DNA of 32,000 bases, from positions 120,001 to 152,000 of the forward strand of contig NC_002528.1 of assembly GCF_000009605.1 (NCBI RefSeq). The letters run 5' to 3'. Source of the DNA: Buchnera aphidicola str. APS (Acyrthosiphon pisum). GTDB taxonomy: Bacteria; Pseudomonadota; Gammaproteobacteria; Enterobacterales; Enterobacteriaceae. Shown piece after piece: positions 29,700-32,000 of this stretch (its first letter is position 1; the number at the start of each line of letters is the position of its first letter). The translations under genes and the position numbers were made by a program. The notes beneath the pieces are model-generated. The model did no database searches and was not told the origin of the DNA. It saw only the letters and a program-made list of their open reading frames with translations.

Positions 29700-32000
29700 T
29701 TATTTTTTCGTATAAAATAATTGTATTTTTTTATGTATTTTTTGTAAAGTTTCAATATTTTTTATTGGATTTTCATTTAGTGCCATAACAGTTGCAAAAG
29801 CACCATTAACTGTCGTATCATAGTGTACTTTATATTGTAGAGCACTGCGACATATTAATTTTGAATCTTTTATGCCTTGATAGCAAGATGTAGTATTAAC
29901 AATATAAGAATATTCTCCGTTTTTTAAACGATCTTGTATATGGGGACGTCCTTCATGTACTTTATTAACTAATCTAGATGAAATGCCAGATTTTTTTAAA
30001 GCTACAGAAGTACCTTTAGTGGCGTCTATTTTAAAACCGAGTTTTTTTAATTTTACTGCTAAGTTAATAATGTTATTTTTATCATTATTTCTTACAGACA
30101 GAAGAACACGACCTGATTTTTTCATATTAGTATGTGCTCCTAACATAGATTTAGAAAATGCTTCTGAAAAGTTTTTTCCAATTCCCATGACTTCTCCAGT
30201 AGAACGCATTTCTGGACCTAGTATAGGATCAACACCTTGAAATTTATCAAATGGAAGAACTGCTTCTTTTACTGAAAAATAAGGAGGAATTATTTCTTTA
30301 ATAAAACCTTGTTCTAATAGTGTTTTACCACACATTACACGTACAGAAATTTTTGCTAATGCAAGACCTATTGCTTTTGAGACAAACGGCACTGTACGTG
30401 CAGCTCTTGGATTTACTTCAATGATATAGATTTTATTATTTTTAATAGCGAATTGTATATTCATTAGTCCTTTTACAGATAATTCAAAAGCTAGCTTTTT
30501 TACTTGTCTTCTAATTTCATTTTGCACTTTACTAGTAAGAGTATATGCAGGTAATGAGCATGCAGAATCGCCAGAATGAACTCCAGCCTGTTCAATGTGC
30601 TCCATTATACCACCAATTAAAACAGTTTCTCCATCACAGATGGCATCAACATCAACTTCTGTTGCATAGTCTAGATATTGATCTAATAAAATAGGTGTTG
30701 TATTGTTCTTTTTTAGTGTTGTTTTAAAGTAATTTTCTAAACCATACGGTTCATAAACAATTTCCATTGCTCTTCCACCTAAAACATAAGATGGTCGTAC
30801 CATTATTGGATAGCCAATTATATCAGCTTTTTTATAAGCTTCATCTAAAGTCAAGACAGTTGCGTTTAAAGGTTGTTGTAATCTTAATTTATTAACAGTT
30901 TTTTGGAAACGATAACGATTTTCTGCTGTGTCAATCGAATCTGGACTGGTTCCTATTATAGGAACACCTTCTTTTTCAAATTCATGCGCTAATTTTAATG
31001 GGGTTTGACCTCCATATTGAATGATAACTCCTTTTGGTTTTTCTATTCTGACTATTTCTAAAACGTTTTCTAATGTAATTGGTTCAAAGTATAATCTATC
31101 TGAAATATCATAATCGGTAGATACTGTTTCTGGATTACAGTTAACCATAATTGCTTCAAAACCATCTTCTCGTAAAGCTTGAGCCGCGTGTACACAGCAA
31201 TAGTCAAACTCTATACCTTGTCCTATTCTATTAGGACCACCACCTAATATGATTATTTTTTTATTATTTTTACTTGGATGAGACTCACATTCATCTTCCC
31301 ATGTTGAATACATATATGCTGTTTCGGTAGAAAATTCAGCTGAACATGTATCAATTCTTTTATAAACAGGATGCAAATTAAGTTTATAACGTAGTTGTCT
31401 TATTTCACTTTCATTTTTATTAGTAAGTATTGCAATACGTTGGTCAGAAAAACCTTTTCTTTTTAGAAAATAAAAAAAGTCGTATTTTAAGCCAATAAAT
31501 CCATTTTTTATAATTTTTTTCTCTAAGAGAATAATTTCTTTGATTTGAACAAGAAACCATGGATCAATCGATGTTAAATCAAATACATCGTTTATAGACA
31601 TACCATATCGAAATGCATCACCTATATACCAAATACGTTCAGAACCTGCATCTTTTAATTCGCGTCTAATTTTAATTAAATATTCTGAATCGCGAGAAGA
31701 TATTTTAGAGTCAAAACCACTAGCGCCGACTTCTAAACCACGAATAGCTTTTTGTATAGATTCTTGGAAAGTACGACCTATCGCCATAACTTCTCCGACA
31801 GATTTCATTTGTGTAGTTAATCTATCATCGCATCCAGGAAATTTTTCAAAATTAAATCTAGGAATCTTTGTTACTATGTAATCTATTGATGGTTCAAATG
31901 ATGCAGTAGTATTTGTTCCGGTGATATCATTTGCAAGTTCATCTAATGTATACCCGATAGCTAATTTAGCTGCAATTTTTGCAATCGGGAATCCTGTTGC
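29700..32000 (-). CDS. carB: Carbamoyl-phosphate synthase large subunit, C-terminal ~70% (5' end lies outside the window)
   Basis: The frame stays open above the ORF-track ATG (31808) to the window edge. It reads [62 protein letters not shown].., collinear with E. coli CarB. The second ATP-grasp domain and the MGS-like allosteric domain are present. Confidence 0.95.
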   Translation of the reverse strand, partial: ATGFPIAKIAAKLAIGYTLDELANDITGTNTTASFEPSIDYIVTKIPRFNFEKFPGCDDRLTTQMKSVGEVMAIGRTFQESIQKAIRGLEVGASGFDSKISSRDSEYLIKIRRELKDAGSERIWYIGDAFRYGMSINDVFDLTSIDPWFLVQIKEIILLEKKIIKNGFIGLKYDFFYFLKRKGFSDQRIAILTNKNESEIRQLRYKLNLHPVYKRIDTCSAEFSTETAYMYSTWEDECESHPSKNNKKIIILGGGPNRIGQGIEFDYCCVHAAQALREDGFEAIMVNCNPETVSTDYDISDRLYFEPITLENVLEIVRIEKPKGVIIQYGGQTPLKLAHEFEKEGVPIIGTSPDSIDTAENRYRFQKTVNKLRLQQPLNATVLTLDEAYKKADIIGYPIMVRPSYVLGGRAMEIVYEPYGLENYFKTTLKKNNTTPILLDQYLDYATEVDVDAICDGETVLIGGIMEHIEQAGVHSGDSACSLPAYTLTSKVQNEIRRQVKKLAFELSVKGLMNIQFAIKNNKIYIIEVNPRAARTVPFVSKAIGLALAKISVRVMCGKTLLEQGFIKEIIPPYFSVKEAVLPFDKFQGVDPILGPEMRSTGEVMGIGKNFSEAFSKSMLGAHTNMKKSGRVLLSVRNNDKNNIINLAVKLKKLGFKIDATKGTSVALKKSGISSRLVNKVHEGRPHIQDRLKNGEYSYIVNTTSCYQGIKDSKLICRSALQYKVHYDTTVNGAFATVMALNENPIKNIETLQKIHKKIQLFYTKK

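Overview
This window is about three-quarters A+T, densely packed, and encodes only housekeeping genes. Gene order and protein sequences match a reduced enterobacterial insect endosymbiont. From memory it is most consistent with Buchnera aphidicola of the pea-aphid type; I could not run a database search. I support 30 protein genes: rnfC(partial)-rnfD-rnfG-rnfE-nth-priA-tyrS, sufA-like(-), ydiK-aroH-thrS-infC-rpmI-rplT-pheS-pheT-ihfA-queA-tgt-yajC, glyS-glyQ(-), nfo-rplY, yabI(-), surA-rsmA(ksgA)-apaH, and folA-carB(partial)(-). I found no tRNA, rRNA, CRISPR array, mobile element, repeat family or defence/accessory island, and I do not see a novel multi-gene system here. What is worth a second look is genome-erosion biology visible in the sequence. 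(1) rnfG is split by a frameshift inside an A11 homopolymer while both halves remain conserved. (2) PriA has lost helicase motifs I, II, III and VI but keeps its Cys-rich zinc region. (3,4) The editing-site residues of ThrRS and of the PheRS beta subunit are substituted. (5) infC starts at ATT, so the ORF track misses its first 50 codons. (6) The rplT-pheS spacer holds a start-codon-less, Phe-codon-rich relic plus a terminator hairpin where E. coli has the pheM attenuator. (7) A 694-bp non-coding spacer lies between the divergent glyQ and nfo. Four ORF-track starts (ydiK, aroH, glyQ, rsmA) were moved downstream on homology. All E. coli comparisons use sequences recalled from memory and should be recomputed.
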